Counted from the first letter of the stretch, positions 47,003-58,483 are shown. The stretch: 64,000 bases of DNA from Gammaproteobacteria bacterium (GCA_963422205.2 CAXMWX010000012.1:1-64000); one strand, 5' to 3'. Notes: generated by a model not told the origin, from the letters alone. Numbers and translations: made by a program.

Positions 47003-47950
47003 TTATTGCTCGCTATGCGTTAAGTTTCCGCCGGCTGGCAGCAGGTCCTTATCCGATAACAGGCTGGCCTCGGTAATGAATTCAAAGTCATGGATGAGTT
47101 CAAGGTGGGCATAAGGCAAGCTGTCATCAGCATCACCTCGGCTGCCGGATAATAATAATTTTGCCTCTCTGGAATCGGGAAATTTGTTGCGTAACAGCAA
47201 GGTATAACTGGCCAGCAGGTCTTTATCGCCGAGTATACGCTGCAAACGGACGCCTAACCAGAGTGTCTGCGGGGTATGTTTCGCCACATCAAGGTAACGC
47301 TTCAAATACGAGTTGGCCGCAAAATAATTCTGCTTGCCGTATTCAATATCCGCCATGGCATACAAGGCCCTGGCCACGCTGGGATTGATCTTCAAGGCCT
47401 GCTCAAAATAGGCAATGGCATCTCGCTCCCGCCCTTCCATCAACACACAAGAGCCGGCATTGGTCAGCGCCACTTCAGGAGTCCGGTAGAGCGGATCTGC
47501 CGCCGCCAGATTAAACAATTCTTCCGCCTCATCCAGCCGGCCCTGGCTGCACAGGAACTGCCCGTAGTTATTCATCGTGCCGGGGTTGTCTTTATCCAGT
47601 TTGAGCGAATGCTTAAAATTCTCCTCGGCCTGCTGCACCTCGCCCAGCCCCTGATACAACACCCCCAGGGCGTTATAGGCAGGGGCGTAATCCGGCTTGA
47701 CCTCCCTGGCCTTGTTTAATCGTATCCGTGCCGTTTCATAATCGCCCTGGCGAATATACTCAGCCCCCACCAGAAAATTAGCCCTGGCAATCTCCAGCCG
47801 CTTGGGCTCTGCTATCGCCTCCCGCTGATGCCTGTCATCAACGGTCTTGATCAGCGTTGAGCCGACCATGCCCACAGCAGAATACGGCCCGCAGGCCGAC
47901 AAACACAACACCAGCATACCAACACAACACGCGTTAATCAGCTTTAGCAT
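47003..47950 (-). CDS. pilW: Type IV pilus pilotin PilW/PilF-like TPR lipoprotein
   Basis: Lipobox LSAC; NNYGQFLC; P.Y.TPE.ALTNAG.C; FPDS.EA; start uncertain. Confidence 0.8.
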   Translation of the reverse strand: MLKLINACCVGMLVLCLSACGPYSAVGMVGSTLIKTVDDRHQREAIAEPKRLEIARANFLVGAEYIRQGDYETARIRLNKAREVKPDYAPAYNALGVLYQGLGEVQQAEENFKHSLKLDKDNPGTMNNYGQFLCSQGRLDEAEELFNLAAADPLYRTPEVALTNAGSCVLMEGRERDAIAYFEQALKINPSVARALYAMADIEYGKQNYFAANSYLKRYLDVAKHTPQTLWLGVRLQRILGDKDLLASYTLLLRNKFPDSREAKLLLSGSRGDADDSLPYAHLELIHDFEFITEASLLSDKDLLPAGGNLTHSEQ

Positions 47951-48143
47951 ACACACCGGAGCCCTGGCTTCTATCACTGCCTGATTATAGCCGCTTTTCA
48001 GCATGTTAGCCGCATTTTATCCTGCCGTATTGACCCGTGATGCTGGCCGCCACCCATCTCCACTGATTATCTGCACCTGCCAACCCCGGCACGAAACAAG
48101 CCATCCGATGATCCGAATGCCTCTCACCTGCTGGCTGTGCCGC

Positions 48144-49787
48144 CTAACGGCAGAGGGCTTTCCGGTTCTGTGGCAGCATAATATATTGCCAGGGCGATGG
48201 CATCGCCTGCTGTACCGGCACCTCAATCAACACCGGCCCGCCGGTGGCGAACGCCCTCTCCAGTACCATCCTCAATTCATCGGGACTGCCCGCCCGCATC
48301 CCGGTGGCACCGAACACCTCGGCCAGCCTGACGAAATCGGGATTATGCAGATCCGAGCAGATACGACGGCCACCGAACCACTCATCCTGCTGCCGTTGCA
48401 CATTGCCGTATTTATTGTCGTTGAATATGACCGTGACAACAGGAATCCGGTACTGCACCGCCGTGCTGAGTTCCTGCACAGTGAACATAAAGCCGCCATC
48501 ACCGCTGATCTGCACGACCTGCCTGCCCGGATTGGCAACGGCAACGCCCAGGGCGGTGGCAAACCCGTAACCCAGGGTGCCCATCTCGCCGCATGTCACA
48601 TGCTGGTATGGCGCATAGACGGGAAAGCCGAACCAGGACGCAAACCCCACCTGCGTGATCTCATCAACGAACAAGCCATCACGGGGCAGCACATCCCGGA
48701 TCGCATCCAGGTAGGCCATCTGCGGCGCCAGCCGCTCACGCACCTCGCTGGCAAAGGCCGCCTTGAGTGCGCCCAACTCCTCGGCCCGTGAAGGGCGTGG
48801 CTTATTGTGCTTGCCGAGGGCGGCATATATGTCCTGGATGACCCGCCTGGCATCGCCGACAATCCCGATCTCAGGCACGCAAATACGCGTGATCTCAACC
48901 GGATCAGCATCAACCCGTATGAGCTGCAAGTCTGCATCTTTCCCCCAGGCCGTCAGACACTCGCGCAAACGTGTGCCAATGGCCAGCACGACATCCGCCT
49001 GTCCCCACAAGCGATGCCCCAGGGGGGCATTCATGGCAAGGTAATGTTCAGCGCTGATCACGCCTTTGCCGTTGCGCTTGGCCACCACGGGTGCCTGCAG
49101 GGCATCTGCCAGTGCCAGCAATTCATCACTGCAATGATTCGCCCCGCCACCGATGACGATCACGGGCTGCCTGGCCTGGCCCAGCAATTTTGCCGCGGCC
49201 TCAACTCTCTCGCTGTCAATAGCGGCCTGTTCATAGGTGACAACCGGCGCCAGCAGTTCAACATCTGCGGTCTGTCCCATCTGATCCATCGCCATCTCAA
49301 CCACCACCGGACGCGGGCGAGCGGTTCGCAGCTGTCTGAATGCCTCACGGATGACCGCTGGCGTCTCTGCTGGTGCGTCAATACGCTGCGACCACTTGGT
49401 GACATGGCTGATCATACCCAGTTGATCATCGATCTCATGCAGCTCGCCATACCCCCTGCCGATGGCCAGCGATGGGATCTGGCCAGCGATACACAGCAGC
49501 GGCGTGTTATTCCCCCAGGCCGTGCCGAGGGCAGCGCTGGCGTTCAACAGACCCGGGCCAGGCACCACGCTGCACACCCCAACCCTGCCGGTAGACTTGG
49601 CATAACCAAAGGCCATGTAGGCCACCCCCTGCTCATGGCGTGAATGAATCACCTGCAAGTCATCACCCGCCCGATACATGGCATCAAACAGGTGATCCAA
49701 CTGGCCGCCAGGCAGGGCGAACAGCGTGTTCACTTCATATTGCCGCAGCGATTCGATGATCGCCTCCGCCCCGGTCATTCGTCTCAT
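48144..49787 (-). CDS. Thiamine pyrophosphate-dependent enzyme (ALS-like)
   Basis: RHEQG..YMA.GYA; GDGGFMF...N motif. Confidence 0.92.
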   Translation of the reverse strand: MRRMTGAEAIIESLRQYEVNTLFALPGGQLDHLFDAMYRAGDDLQVIHSRHEQGVAYMAFGYAKSTGRVGVCSVVPGPGLLNASAALGTAWGNNTPLLCIAGQIPSLAIGRGYGELHEIDDQLGMISHVTKWSQRIDAPAETPAVIREAFRQLRTARPRPVVVEMAMDQMGQTADVELLAPVVTYEQAAIDSERVEAAAKLLGQARQPVIVIGGGANHCSDELLALADALQAPVVAKRNGKGVISAEHYLAMNAPLGHRLWGQADVVLAIGTRLRECLTAWGKDADLQLIRVDADPVEITRICVPEIGIVGDARRVIQDIYAALGKHNKPRPSRAEELGALKAAFASEVRERLAPQMAYLDAIRDVLPRDGLFVDEITQVGFASWFGFPVYAPYQHVTCGEMGTLGYGFATALGVAVANPGRQVVQISGDGGFMFTVQELSTAVQYRIPVVTVIFNDNKYGNVQRQQDEWFGGRRICSDLHNPDFVRLAEVFGATGMRAGSPDELRMVLERAFATGGPVLIEVPVQQAMPSPWQYIMLPQNRKALCR

Positions 49788-49798
49788 TAATCCTGTCC

Positions 49799-50068
49799 TT
49801 AAAGTGTGTGTGGCTGTTGTTGTTTTGCTGCTTTTCGGCGGCGATAGCGGATGAGAAAAAAGGGAAAGGCGATGATATAAAGCCAGAGCATCGGCGTTGC
49901 CATAGCGCTTTTGAGACCAGCGAGCATATCGTTCGGACTGATATAGACCCGGGTCTGCATACGCTGCTCCGGCGCACTGTGGACGATCAGGTGATCTTTC
50001 TTGTACTCAATGGCGCCGAATTGAAAATCCACATCGGCCAGTTTACTTTTTACCTTCATTATCTCCAC
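49799..50068 (-). CDS. Hypothetical small membrane protein
   Basis: C-terminal TM segment; in the operon. Confidence 0.65.
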   Translation of the reverse strand: MEIMKVKSKLADVDFQFGAIEYKKDHLIVHSAPEQRMQTRVYISPNDMLAGLKSAMATPMLWLYIIAFPFFLIRYRRRKAAKQQQPHTL

Positions 50069-50073
50069 CTGTC

Positions 50074-51234
50074 TCAGCTTTTTTTTAACCTGCCGGTGTC
50101 CTGGGCATACTGAATACGCTGTGCTAACAATTCAGAGACATCTTCCGGCGCCATGCCCGCCGGCGGGGTAAACTGCCCGCGGCCATAAAGATCGTCAAAC
50201 ACCGCTTTGCAGATAGCGACCTTCTCCGACAAGCTGCGCGGCGACTTGCCGGAGGGGAAGCGATTCGGCGGGTAGATGGATTGTTCATAAATCTGCCGGA
50301 AGCCCTCGGTGCGGACATCCACCCAGCAATTATGCGCGGTGCGTGTGCGGTATTGCCGCAAGGCTTCAATATCGACAGTGACCGCCAGCACCTGCTCTTC
50401 GGGGTAAGGGGCATGCCGTAACACCATGCCGGTATAATCAATGGCGAAGGAATGACCGGGGCAAAAAGCGCGCGGGTAATAGGCATAATCCACCTTACCC
50501 CAGTTCGATCCCAGCAGATAACACATATTGTCATGGGCGCGGGTACGGCGGGTGAACATCCAGAAATCCCACGGCTCTGAGACCCCCTCCACTTCCTGGA
50601 TAGCGCCCGGGTGACAGATAACTTCCACGCCGTTATAGCCTAAGGCGCGTGAGACTTCCGGTGTGCAGCCATCATGGCAGGTCATGGTACCCAGCTTGCC
50701 GATAGGCGTATCGATCACGGGAAACAGGGTCTTGATATCGCCGCCAATCTTGTCGCAGTATTCATCATAGATATCGTGCGGACTGGTGCCTAAACCGATA
50801 TAGGCCGGAATATGCCATTTATGGTATTTCAGCGCTATCTCACCCTCAGGGCCGATAATAAAATTGCAATTAAACCAGCGATCAGGAAATTCAGGCAGCT
50901 CCTCAACGACACCGCCAGCGACAATATATAACCCATATTGCCTGGCGAGTTCGCCCAGTTGATCCGACTCCGGGCCGGGAATGGTCACCACCTTCTTCAT
51001 CTGATCTTCAATGCGGCTCTCACCCTTGCCCGGCGTACCCACGCCCTGCATGAAATATTCGGGTAACACCACCAGCCGCACCGGCACTTCCCAAAAATAC
51101 CCCACACCGAAATGGATCATATTGCACACCCGATCCAGGTTCTTGTTAATGTCCCGGCGCTCCTCCACCACGGTCACTTCAGGCTGCACGATTAATGCAG
51201 TGTAGGGATCGATACGCGCTGCTTTTGCTGCCAT
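50074..51234 (-). CDS. Nitrilase/amidase (CN hydrolase)
   Basis: E-K-C triad: LPEY, KYHK, TCHD. Confidence 0.88.
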   Translation of the reverse strand: MAAKAARIDPYTALIVQPEVTVVEERRDINKNLDRVCNMIHFGVGYFWEVPVRLVVLPEYFMQGVGTPGKGESRIEDQMKKVVTIPGPESDQLGELARQYGLYIVAGGVVEELPEFPDRWFNCNFIIGPEGEIALKYHKWHIPAYIGLGTSPHDIYDEYCDKIGGDIKTLFPVIDTPIGKLGTMTCHDGCTPEVSRALGYNGVEVICHPGAIQEVEGVSEPWDFWMFTRRTRAHDNMCYLLGSNWGKVDYAYYPRAFCPGHSFAIDYTGMVLRHAPYPEEQVLAVTVDIEALRQYRTRTAHNCWVDVRTEGFRQIYEQSIYPPNRFPSGKSPRSLSEKVAICKAVFDDLYGRGQFTPPAGMAPEDVSELLAQRIQYAQDTGRLKKS

Positions 51235-51256
51235 CGTCTACTCCTTAAAACCTCAC

Positions 51257-52840
51257 TTAAAAATCGAACTCATCCTCATCACTTTTGATACCCAAGTCTT
51301 TGAGGATCTCATTGGCGGCGATCGTCCCCATGCCACAGATCCCGCCGCCCGGATGACAAGAAGGCCCGGTCATGTAGAACTTATCCAGCGGGCCCCGGTA
51401 GTTGGCATAATTGGGAAACGGCCTGAAGGCGCCCATCTGCGCCAGCGTCCGTTCACCGCCAGTGGTCGAACCCCGATAAAAACACCGGTTGGCCTGCGCC
51501 AGGCTGGGGCCGGTTTCCACATACTCGGCCAGGATATTATCATCACTCATATTGGACGTGTAATGGCGTAACTGCCTCAGCAGGGTATCCCGCACATAGG
51601 CCGGGCCAATGGCCTGCCAGTCCTCGCCGCTAGCCAGATCGATCGGCACGAAGGTATCCATGATCAAGGTGTGTTTGCCCGCCGGCGCACGGATGGGATC
51701 CATGGTGGTCCAGGCCGCTGTCCATAAAAACGGATCCGTGGGCGCAAGCCCCATTGCGATTTCCCGGTATTGCTTGTCGATATCAGCGACCGTGCCGAAG
51801 ATACGCTGAAAGGCTGTCCTGTCCATGTCCGGGCCATTGTTAAACCTCGGCGCTTCATCCAACGCATAATGCACTCGCACGATAGTCACCTCGCCAAAGC
51901 TGAAATGACGCACCTGTTGCACAAAATCGGCCGGCAACACGCCCTCATCAAAGCCGTGCAAGTATGTCTGGTACGGATCCAGCGCCGATACCACGCCCTT
52001 ATCTGCGGTCAGTTCAGTGCCGTCCTCAAGCCGAAGGCCGATGCAGCGATTGCGCTCGACCATGAACCTGGCCACCGTGGCACAGGTCATCACCGTACCG
52101 CCCTCCGCCTCAATGTAACGCTGCATGGCCACGGCCAGCATGCCGCTGCCGCCCTCGGGGATAGCCTGGCCGTAATAGTGAATGCTGGGGATCATCACAT
52201 AAAAACCGGCCGCCGTGCCGAGTTGATCCGGCAGGGTCTGTGGCGCCATCGCCCACCCCAGAATGAACGCCCGCACATGATCATGCTGAAAATTCTCCAG
52301 CGTAAACTGGCGCGAACTTAACTGATAATCACGCAGGCGATGCAGGCCGGCGGGGTTATTTTCCATGGCCTGATACAGATAGCTGGGCGGTGCGGGCGGG
52401 GCAAACATGCCTTTGATCACGCCTTCCTTAATCTCGCCGAATTCCTCGTAGATTTCGCGATAGCGCCTGGCATCGGCCTTACTGTACTCGGCGATCGTAT
52501 CGCAGGTCTTGTCCACGTCTTTGTAGACGATGATGCCCTGGCCCTCGTATTTATTCGGATGGCCGGTGATATGATCGGTCGACCAGATATACTTCAAGCC
52601 GTGTTTTTCAAATGCCGGCCGCAGCCGGACAAAATCCGGATTTAGGTGAATCCAGACATGCGATGAGCCGAACATATCGTGCTTGAAGCCCGGCAAGGTC
52701 ACTTCCCGCGTCACCACGCCGCCGCCCACCCAGGCATTGCGCTCCACGACCAGCACCTTGAGATCGTGTTCTGCCAGCACCGAGGCCGCAATCAGTGCGT
52801 TATGTCCGCCGCCAGCGATAATGATGTCATAATCTGCCAT
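51257..52840 (-). CDS. Phytoene dehydrogenase-like FAD oxidoreductase
   Basis: GGGHN, GG.VT.E.TLPGF.HD, HPGGG. Confidence 0.88.
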   Translation of the reverse strand: MADYDIIIAGGGHNALIAASVLAEHDLKVLVVERNAWVGGGVVTREVTLPGFKHDMFGSSHVWIHLNPDFVRLRPAFEKHGLKYIWSTDHITGHPNKYEGQGIIVYKDVDKTCDTIAEYSKADARRYREIYEEFGEIKEGVIKGMFAPPAPPSYLYQAMENNPAGLHRLRDYQLSSRQFTLENFQHDHVRAFILGWAMAPQTLPDQLGTAAGFYVMIPSIHYYGQAIPEGGSGMLAVAMQRYIEAEGGTVMTCATVARFMVERNRCIGLRLEDGTELTADKGVVSALDPYQTYLHGFDEGVLPADFVQQVRHFSFGEVTIVRVHYALDEAPRFNNGPDMDRTAFQRIFGTVADIDKQYREIAMGLAPTDPFLWTAAWTTMDPIRAPAGKHTLIMDTFVPIDLASGEDWQAIGPAYVRDTLLRQLRHYTSNMSDDNILAEYVETGPSLAQANRCFYRGSTTGGERTLAQMGAFRPFPNYANYRGPLDKFYMTGPSCHPGGGICGMGTIAANEILKDLGIKSDEDEFDF

Positions 52841-52875
52841 GGTCTTGAGGTCTCCTTAAATAACGATCCAGCCAG

Positions 52876-54084
52876 TCACCAATGCCAGATACTGCCATCT
52901 TCCAACCGGTTGACGGGCAGGTAAGCACGCTGATAAGGAAATTTTGCCGCCAGCTTCTCATCGATATCAACACCATGACCGGGCGCCTCCCCGGGGTAGA
53001 GATAACCATCAGCAAAATGGTAGGCATGGGGGAAGACCGCCTCCGTCTGTTCGGTATGACGCATGTATTCCTGAATGCCAAAATTCGGCACCCAGGTATC
53101 GAAATGCAGCGCCGCCCCCATGCACACCGGCGACAGATCGGTAGCGCCATGGCAACCGGTACGTACCTGATACAACGCGGCCAAATCAGCGATCCGGCGC
53201 AGCTGGCTGATCCCGCCCGCATGTGCCACCGTGGTGCGGATATAATCGATCAGCTGCTCCTCAATGAGCTGCTTGCAATCCCATATCGTATTGAACACCT
53301 CGCCAGTGGCAAGTGCCGTGGTGGTGTGCTGACGCAGCAGACGAAAGGCCGCCTGATTCTCCGCCGGCACGGCATCCTCCAGCCAGAACAGGCGATACTC
53401 CTCCAGCGACTTACCAAGGTACGCCGCCTCGATGGGCGTGAGACGATGATGCACATCATGCAGCAAGTGTGGCGCAAAGCCAAAGGTCTCGCGCAGCTTC
53501 TCAAACAACTGTGGCAGATGATCAAGGTATTTTTCACTCGACCAGCGAACTTCGGGGGGTAAACCCGCCTCGGCTGGCTCATAAAACAGCTTGTCCCTGG
53601 CGACACCGTAGGTTGACTGCAAGCCCGGCACGCCAGTTTGCGCCCGCACGGCTTTGTAACCCATCTCCAGATAGCGGGCCACCTCATCCACCGTGGCGGC
53701 GATGTCAGGGCCGTTGGCATGACCATAGACCAACACACCATCACGGCTGCGCCCCCCCAGCAACTGATACAGGGGCAGCCCGGCCTGCTTGGCCTTGATA
53801 TCCCACAGGGCGGTATCGACTGCCCCAATCGCCGTCATGGTCACCGGGCCACGCCGCCAGTAGCCGCCCCGATACAGGTAGTGCCAGATGTCCTCAATCT
53901 GCTGTGCATCCCGCCCCAGCAGGCACGGGATCACATGCTCCTCAAGATACGCCACCACGGCCAATTCACGGCCATTGAGCGTAGCATCGCCGATGCCGTA
54001 GATGCCCTGATCGGTCGCTATCTTCAAGGTGACGAAGTTTCGCCCCGGGCAGGTGACAATCACATTGGCAGCGGTAATCCTCAT
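52876..54084 (-). CDS. rspA: D-mannonate dehydratase ManD/RspA (enolase superfamily)
   Basis: [13 protein letters not shown]; [12 protein letters not shown]; [15 protein letters not shown]; HGATDLSP. Confidence 0.93.
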   Translation of the reverse strand: MRITAANVIVTCPGRNFVTLKIATDQGIYGIGDATLNGRELAVVAYLEEHVIPCLLGRDAQQIEDIWHYLYRGGYWRRGPVTMTAIGAVDTALWDIKAKQAGLPLYQLLGGRSRDGVLVYGHANGPDIAATVDEVARYLEMGYKAVRAQTGVPGLQSTYGVARDKLFYEPAEAGLPPEVRWSSEKYLDHLPQLFEKLRETFGFAPHLLHDVHHRLTPIEAAYLGKSLEEYRLFWLEDAVPAENQAAFRLLRQHTTTALATGEVFNTIWDCKQLIEEQLIDYIRTTVAHAGGISQLRRIADLAALYQVRTGCHGATDLSPVCMGAALHFDTWVPNFGIQEYMRHTEQTEAVFPHAYHFADGYLYPGEAPGHGVDIDEKLAAKFPYQRAYLPVNRLEDGSIWHW

Positions 54085-54212
54085 CTCTACCTTTATATAA
54101 GCCATTGAATGACAAGCGTTTTCAATTTTATGCCAGCAATCAGTTCAGGCATAAACCATATCCTGCCAGATAGCGATATGTCAAAATAAAACACCCCCCC
54201 TAACTGCCCGAT

Positions 54213-55589
54213 TTACAGCAGCCCAAAGACAAGCACACAGCCCACCCCCAGCACCGCCGGATAGCGAGTTAAGACATCCCAGAGACGATACGCCTGATCA
54301 CTTTTGATGCCTATCTCCTGTCGTAACAGCTTGTGCGACATCACCCAACCGGCAAACACAGCGATCAAAAAAGCGGTAAGCGGCAGTAAGATACTGGAAA
54401 CCGAATATTCAATGATGCCAAAGACAGACTTGCCGGCATACAGCGGAATAAACGCCAGGGGCTTGATATCTTCCCAATGGTTAAAAGACAGCACAGAGGC
54501 CAGGCTGATCAACCAGACGATGCTCCCGGTCAGGGCGGTCATCTTCAACCGCCGATACCCTTTATCTTCCAAGTAGGCGATGAATGGCTCCAACATGGCA
54601 AGCGATGAGCTGAAGGCGGCAAAAAATACCAGCACAAAGAACAGCGTGCTGAAGAAGTGCCCGCCCGGCATGTGGCCCAAGGCCAGGGGCAGGGTCTCAA
54701 ACATCAGGCCCGGGCCGCTGGTCGGATCCAGGCCAGCAACGAACACAATGGGAAAAATCGCCAGCCCGGCCAGCAAGGCAGCCAGCGTATCACAGCCAGC
54801 GATCAGACAACTCGGCCCGACGATACGCATGTCTCTGGCAAGGTAAGCACCATAAGTGAGCAAGGCACCCGTGCCGACCGAGATGGAAAATAACGCCTGC
54901 CCCAGGGCCTCCAGCATACTCTGCCAGGTGAGCCGGGAGAAATCCGGCAAGAACATAAATTCCCATGCCGCTGCCGGGTCGCCCTCAATATGCCCATAGA
55001 TGACCAGCAAGACGATCATAACGAACAAGGCCGGCATCATAAAGCTGGTGACCGATTCGATCCCTTTTTTAATGCCTTTGCCGACGATATACACAGTGGC
55101 CGCAAGATACAGGCTGCTCCAAAAAACCAACCGCAGGGGAGAGGCCAGCAACTCGGCAAACTGCTCGCCCGCCGCCCCGGCAGAGATATTGACGAATCTG
55201 CCCTGCACTGCATGGTAGATATAATCCAGCGACCAACCGGCCACAACGGCATAAAACGTGAGCGTGATCAGCGGCGTCAACGTACTCAACCAGCCGATAA
55301 CAACCCAGAAACGGCGATGCCCCCCCTGATTGATCAGGGCGATCAACGAGGTGATCGGGCTGCCGTCGCCACGCCTTCCCATCGCCAGCTCGGCCATCAC
55401 CAAAGGTACGCAGACGATCAGAATAATTGCCAGATAAACGATGATGAAGGCACCGCCGCCGTTCTCACCGGCAACATAAGGAAAACGCCACAGATTGCCC
55501 AGGCCGATGGAAGCACCGACCATGGCAAAGAAAAACGTCAGCCGGGACGACCACTGGCGGTTATTACGCACGTCAGCCTGCGTTATCAT
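54213..55589 (-). CDS. Sodium-dependent (NSS) transporter
   Basis: W.SR..F....G.SIGLGNLWRFPY..GENGGGAF. Confidence 0.93.
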   Translation of the reverse strand: MITQADVRNNRQWSSRLTFFFAMVGASIGLGNLWRFPYVAGENGGGAFIIVYLAIILIVCVPLVMAELAMGRRGDGSPITSLIALINQGGHRRFWVVIGWLSTLTPLITLTFYAVVAGWSLDYIYHAVQGRFVNISAGAAGEQFAELLASPLRLVFWSSLYLAATVYIVGKGIKKGIESVTSFMMPALFVMIVLLVIYGHIEGDPAAAWEFMFLPDFSRLTWQSMLEALGQALFSISVGTGALLTYGAYLARDMRIVGPSCLIAGCDTLAALLAGLAIFPIVFVAGLDPTSGPGLMFETLPLALGHMPGGHFFSTLFFVLVFFAAFSSSLAMLEPFIAYLEDKGYRRLKMTALTGSIVWLISLASVLSFNHWEDIKPLAFIPLYAGKSVFGIIEYSVSSILLPLTAFLIAVFAGWVMSHKLLRQEIGIKSDQAYRLWDVLTRYPAVLGVGCVLVFGLL

Positions 55590-56553
55590 CTGCGGTTAAG
55601 TGTGCCAGGGTTGGGGTATGGTGTTCGGGAATAATCGCGCCGGGGAATTGGATAACCTGCGCTGAGAGTCGTTGTGCGGCGGCAATCGCTGTGGCGATAT
55701 CATAACCGCCAAGGCGGGCTGAAATATACGCGGCATTGAATGAATCCCCGGCGGCGGTGGTGTCCTGCACAGCATGTTGTGCTGGCTGTTTGACAGGGTA
55801 CGTCTGCTGTGCATCTGTGGTCTTTACTGTACACGGTTCAGCACCGTTTTTCACTACGATTTCCGGCACGCCAAGGCTGGCGATGCGCTCGGCGGTCGCC
55901 AGGGGCGAGCTATCGGCAAAGACCGCCGACTCATCGGCATAACTGACCAGCGCCAGGCTGACATAAGGATACAACCCGGCATAAGCACAGCGCGCCTCCT
56001 GCACGCTTGACCACAGCACAGGACGGTAGTTTGAGTCAAACACGATGCTGACATGGGCGGCATGTAGCCGTTTCACCAAATCATACAACTGCTCGCGCTC
56101 GGCCTGGCTGAGAATCGCCATGGATATGCCGGAGAGATAAAACAGCGTATAGCCTTGCAATGCGGCAGACAGGCGGGCGCTGCTGGTTGCACGGAACAAG
56201 TCCCGGACGGCCGCCGCTGTTCGATCATAGTGAAAGCCCCGCTCGCCATCAGCCGCCGTGACGATGGTATAACGGCCCGGCGCCTTGCCCGCAATGCAGC
56301 TCACCAGGGCGGTGTCTATCCCCATCAGCTGCCAGGCCGCCAGCATATCCCGGCTGATGGCATCATCGCCCAGGGCGGTGATGTAGCTGATCTTCGCCTC
56401 GGTGGCCGCCAGCAAACGGCGCAGATACACCGCCGTGTTGCAGGTATCCCCGGCATAGGCATGAGGCACATCGGGGGCAGCGGCCAGATACTCCACCATA
56501 CACTCACCCAACAGCGCAAGGCGAGCGGGCTTATCGTTGGCGAAATTGATCAT
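55573..56553 (-). CDS. kdgK: 2-keto-3-deoxygluconate kinase (PfkB family)
   Basis: GECMVE, GDT.NTAVYL.R, DTTAAGDSF. Confidence 0.88.
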   Translation of the reverse strand: MINFANDKPARLALLGECMVEYLAAAPDVPHAYAGDTCNTAVYLRRLLAATEAKISYITALGDDAISRDMLAAWQLMGIDTALVSCIAGKAPGRYTIVTAADGERGFHYDRTAAAVRDLFRATSSARLSAALQGYTLFYLSGISMAILSQAEREQLYDLVKRLHAAHVSIVFDSNYRPVLWSSVQEARCAYAGLYPYVSLALVSYADESAVFADSSPLATAERIASLGVPEIVVKNGAEPCTVKTTDAQQTYPVKQPAQHAVQDTTAAGDSFNAAYISARLGGYDIATAIAAAQRLSAQVIQFPGAIIPEHHTPTLAHLTADDNAG

Positions 56554-56700
56554 GGAAGCGAGCTGTCTGGATGGACATCAGGGCGGTAGATTCACTGTGG
56601 GGTTAAATACAGGGATGGGTATTGTATCAAGATGGGGCCGCATTGATTCACCTGCAACCTTGACCAGCACGACAAGACAGGGCTTTGCAGTCTGTGCGCT

Positions 56701-57834
56701 TTAGCTCAAGAACCGGGTCAATGCCACGCCAATAAAAGTTGCGATCACATAACCAAAGATGCCGCACATGATCCCCGGCATGATGAGATCACGCCAGCCC
56801 CTGGAGATGGCAATGGCCGCCGTCACTGTAGGGCCGACCAGGGCAGCACCGGAGGCAACGATCGCCTCGGCCAGGTCAATCTTGAAAAACTTCGCCACCA
56901 CCAGCACCACCCCTAAGTGAAACAGGATGATAAACATCCCGTAAATAAACAGGATAAAGGCTTCGCCTAAAAACCGGGTTGCATCTGTGCCCGCCCCCGC
57001 CACGGCAAAAAACAGATACATCATCAGTATGCCCAGTTCAAAATCGCCCTCCAGTTTATTCAAAATCGTCGGGATCATGTTGACGATGATAATGGTCAAC
57101 ACGGTGATGAACAATATCTTGTACTGCCCAAGCCCCAGCCCCGCCGCCATATAATCGGCCAGCGCACAAATAACAAAACTCAGGGCGATCGCACCGCTGA
57201 TGTGCGTCAATTTCATGGCTGGCAGCTTAACGGCGATCAGGCTGGTCTGTTGCTGATTATCCAGCGAAGCCAGCGTTTTCGAGGGAATGTGCTTGAGAAA
57301 AAATGTCATCGAGGGGATGGCCAGCAAGCAGACCAGGGCGAAAATACTGACAAAGCTGCTGGCACCGATGGCCACGCTGAACTGCTGTGGCGTCATCTCC
57401 ACCGCCTGGGAGACCGCCAGAAAATTCACCGCCCCGCCTATCCAGCCGCCCGTATACACCCCGGCCACCTTCGGCCCTATCTCGCCCAGATCGATCAAAT
57501 AAAATCCCAATACCGCCCCCAGCACGGTGGCAAAACTGGCGATGCAAAAGGTGAGCATCACCATGCCGCTTTCCTGGAAAATCTTGCGTAAGTCGGCCTT
57601 GAATAACAACAACGGTATCGCCAGGGGCACCAGAGTCCCGCCCACCAGATCATAGGCAGGGGCGGCCAGCGGGATGATACGGACGTTGGACAGAACCATG
57701 GCAATCGTCAGCACCCACACCACCCCGGAGGTCTTTTTCCCTATCGGCAGGCCATCTATCCAGAAACCCAGCCAGGCCAGCCCGAACAGCACAGCACCGA
57801 TGGCAAAGGTGTTATCGGCGGGGATGAGGGGCAT
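56701..57834 (-). CDS. DUF819 family membrane protein
   Basis: PLAIPLLLF.ADLR; GGAVNF.AV; multiple TM segments. Confidence 0.85.
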   Translation of the reverse strand: MPLIPADNTFAIGAVLFGLAWLGFWIDGLPIGKKTSGVVWVLTIAMVLSNVRIIPLAAPAYDLVGGTLVPLAIPLLLFKADLRKIFQESGMVMLTFCIASFATVLGAVLGFYLIDLGEIGPKVAGVYTGGWIGGAVNFLAVSQAVEMTPQQFSVAIGASSFVSIFALVCLLAIPSMTFFLKHIPSKTLASLDNQQQTSLIAVKLPAMKLTHISGAIALSFVICALADYMAAGLGLGQYKILFITVLTIIIVNMIPTILNKLEGDFELGILMMYLFFAVAGAGTDATRFLGEAFILFIYGMFIILFHLGVVLVVAKFFKIDLAEAIVASGAALVGPTVTAAIAISRGWRDLIMPGIMCGIFGYVIATFIGVALTRFLS

Positions 57835-58249
57835 CGGGAAAACGCAGAGTCAACGTATCGAAAAAAGGCGGCATAGTAACGACCTCAGTTATCAGCGGTG
57901 CGATGCTGGATGTGCCTCTTAACTGGCGCAATCGGGCAGCAACTTAAAGATACTGCTTAATATAATTGTTCAGCAAACCGACAAACAGTGCCAGTAATGC
58001 GCCGCAGCGCTCTCTGCTCATCATGCGCCCTGACTTCTGCCTTTCCTGGTAAATCCCTGCTATCTTCAAACCCTCGGGGTTCATGATTTACCTGCTCATC
58101 ATCTGCTGCCAGCGGGTTATGAGGGAGATAATTTTAGCCGCCATCCTCTTGCTGGCAATTATGGATAGTTGATTCGCCACGCGGATCCGTGCGGCCAACA
58201 GCCCCTTGAAATGATCCTAAGAACGGCATGACAGTGATAGCCATGATAT

Positions 58250-58483
58250 TCAAAGAACGGCTTTTAGGTATGGGATAATTTCGACCAAAATGACCAGGCC
58301 AATCATCCATTTGATCAAGCGCTGGTCTGCTCTTAACTCTTGAAGCTCAAATTTCAGGCCAGAGATATCAGACTTGGTCGCCACGCTTTCAGTCGCTATG
58401 GCCTCAGCCGCTGCACGCGCCTTGTCTTCGGCTATACCGACAGAGCGGAAGGCATTATAAACTTCCGAAATCATTGTAGCCAT
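58250..58483 (-). CDS. Small DUF1640-like coiled-coil protein with C-terminal TM
   Basis: EVY.A..SVG..EDKA.AAAEA; ATKSD; LIKWMIG. Confidence 0.7.
   Translation of the reverse strand: MATMISEVYNAFRSVGIAEDKARAAAEAIATESVATKSDISGLKFELQELRADQRLIKWMIGLVILVEIIPYLKAVL

Noticed and set aside
57840-58245. Possible gene remnant between DUF819 and the small coiled-coil gene
   Set aside because: No recognisable frame or motif
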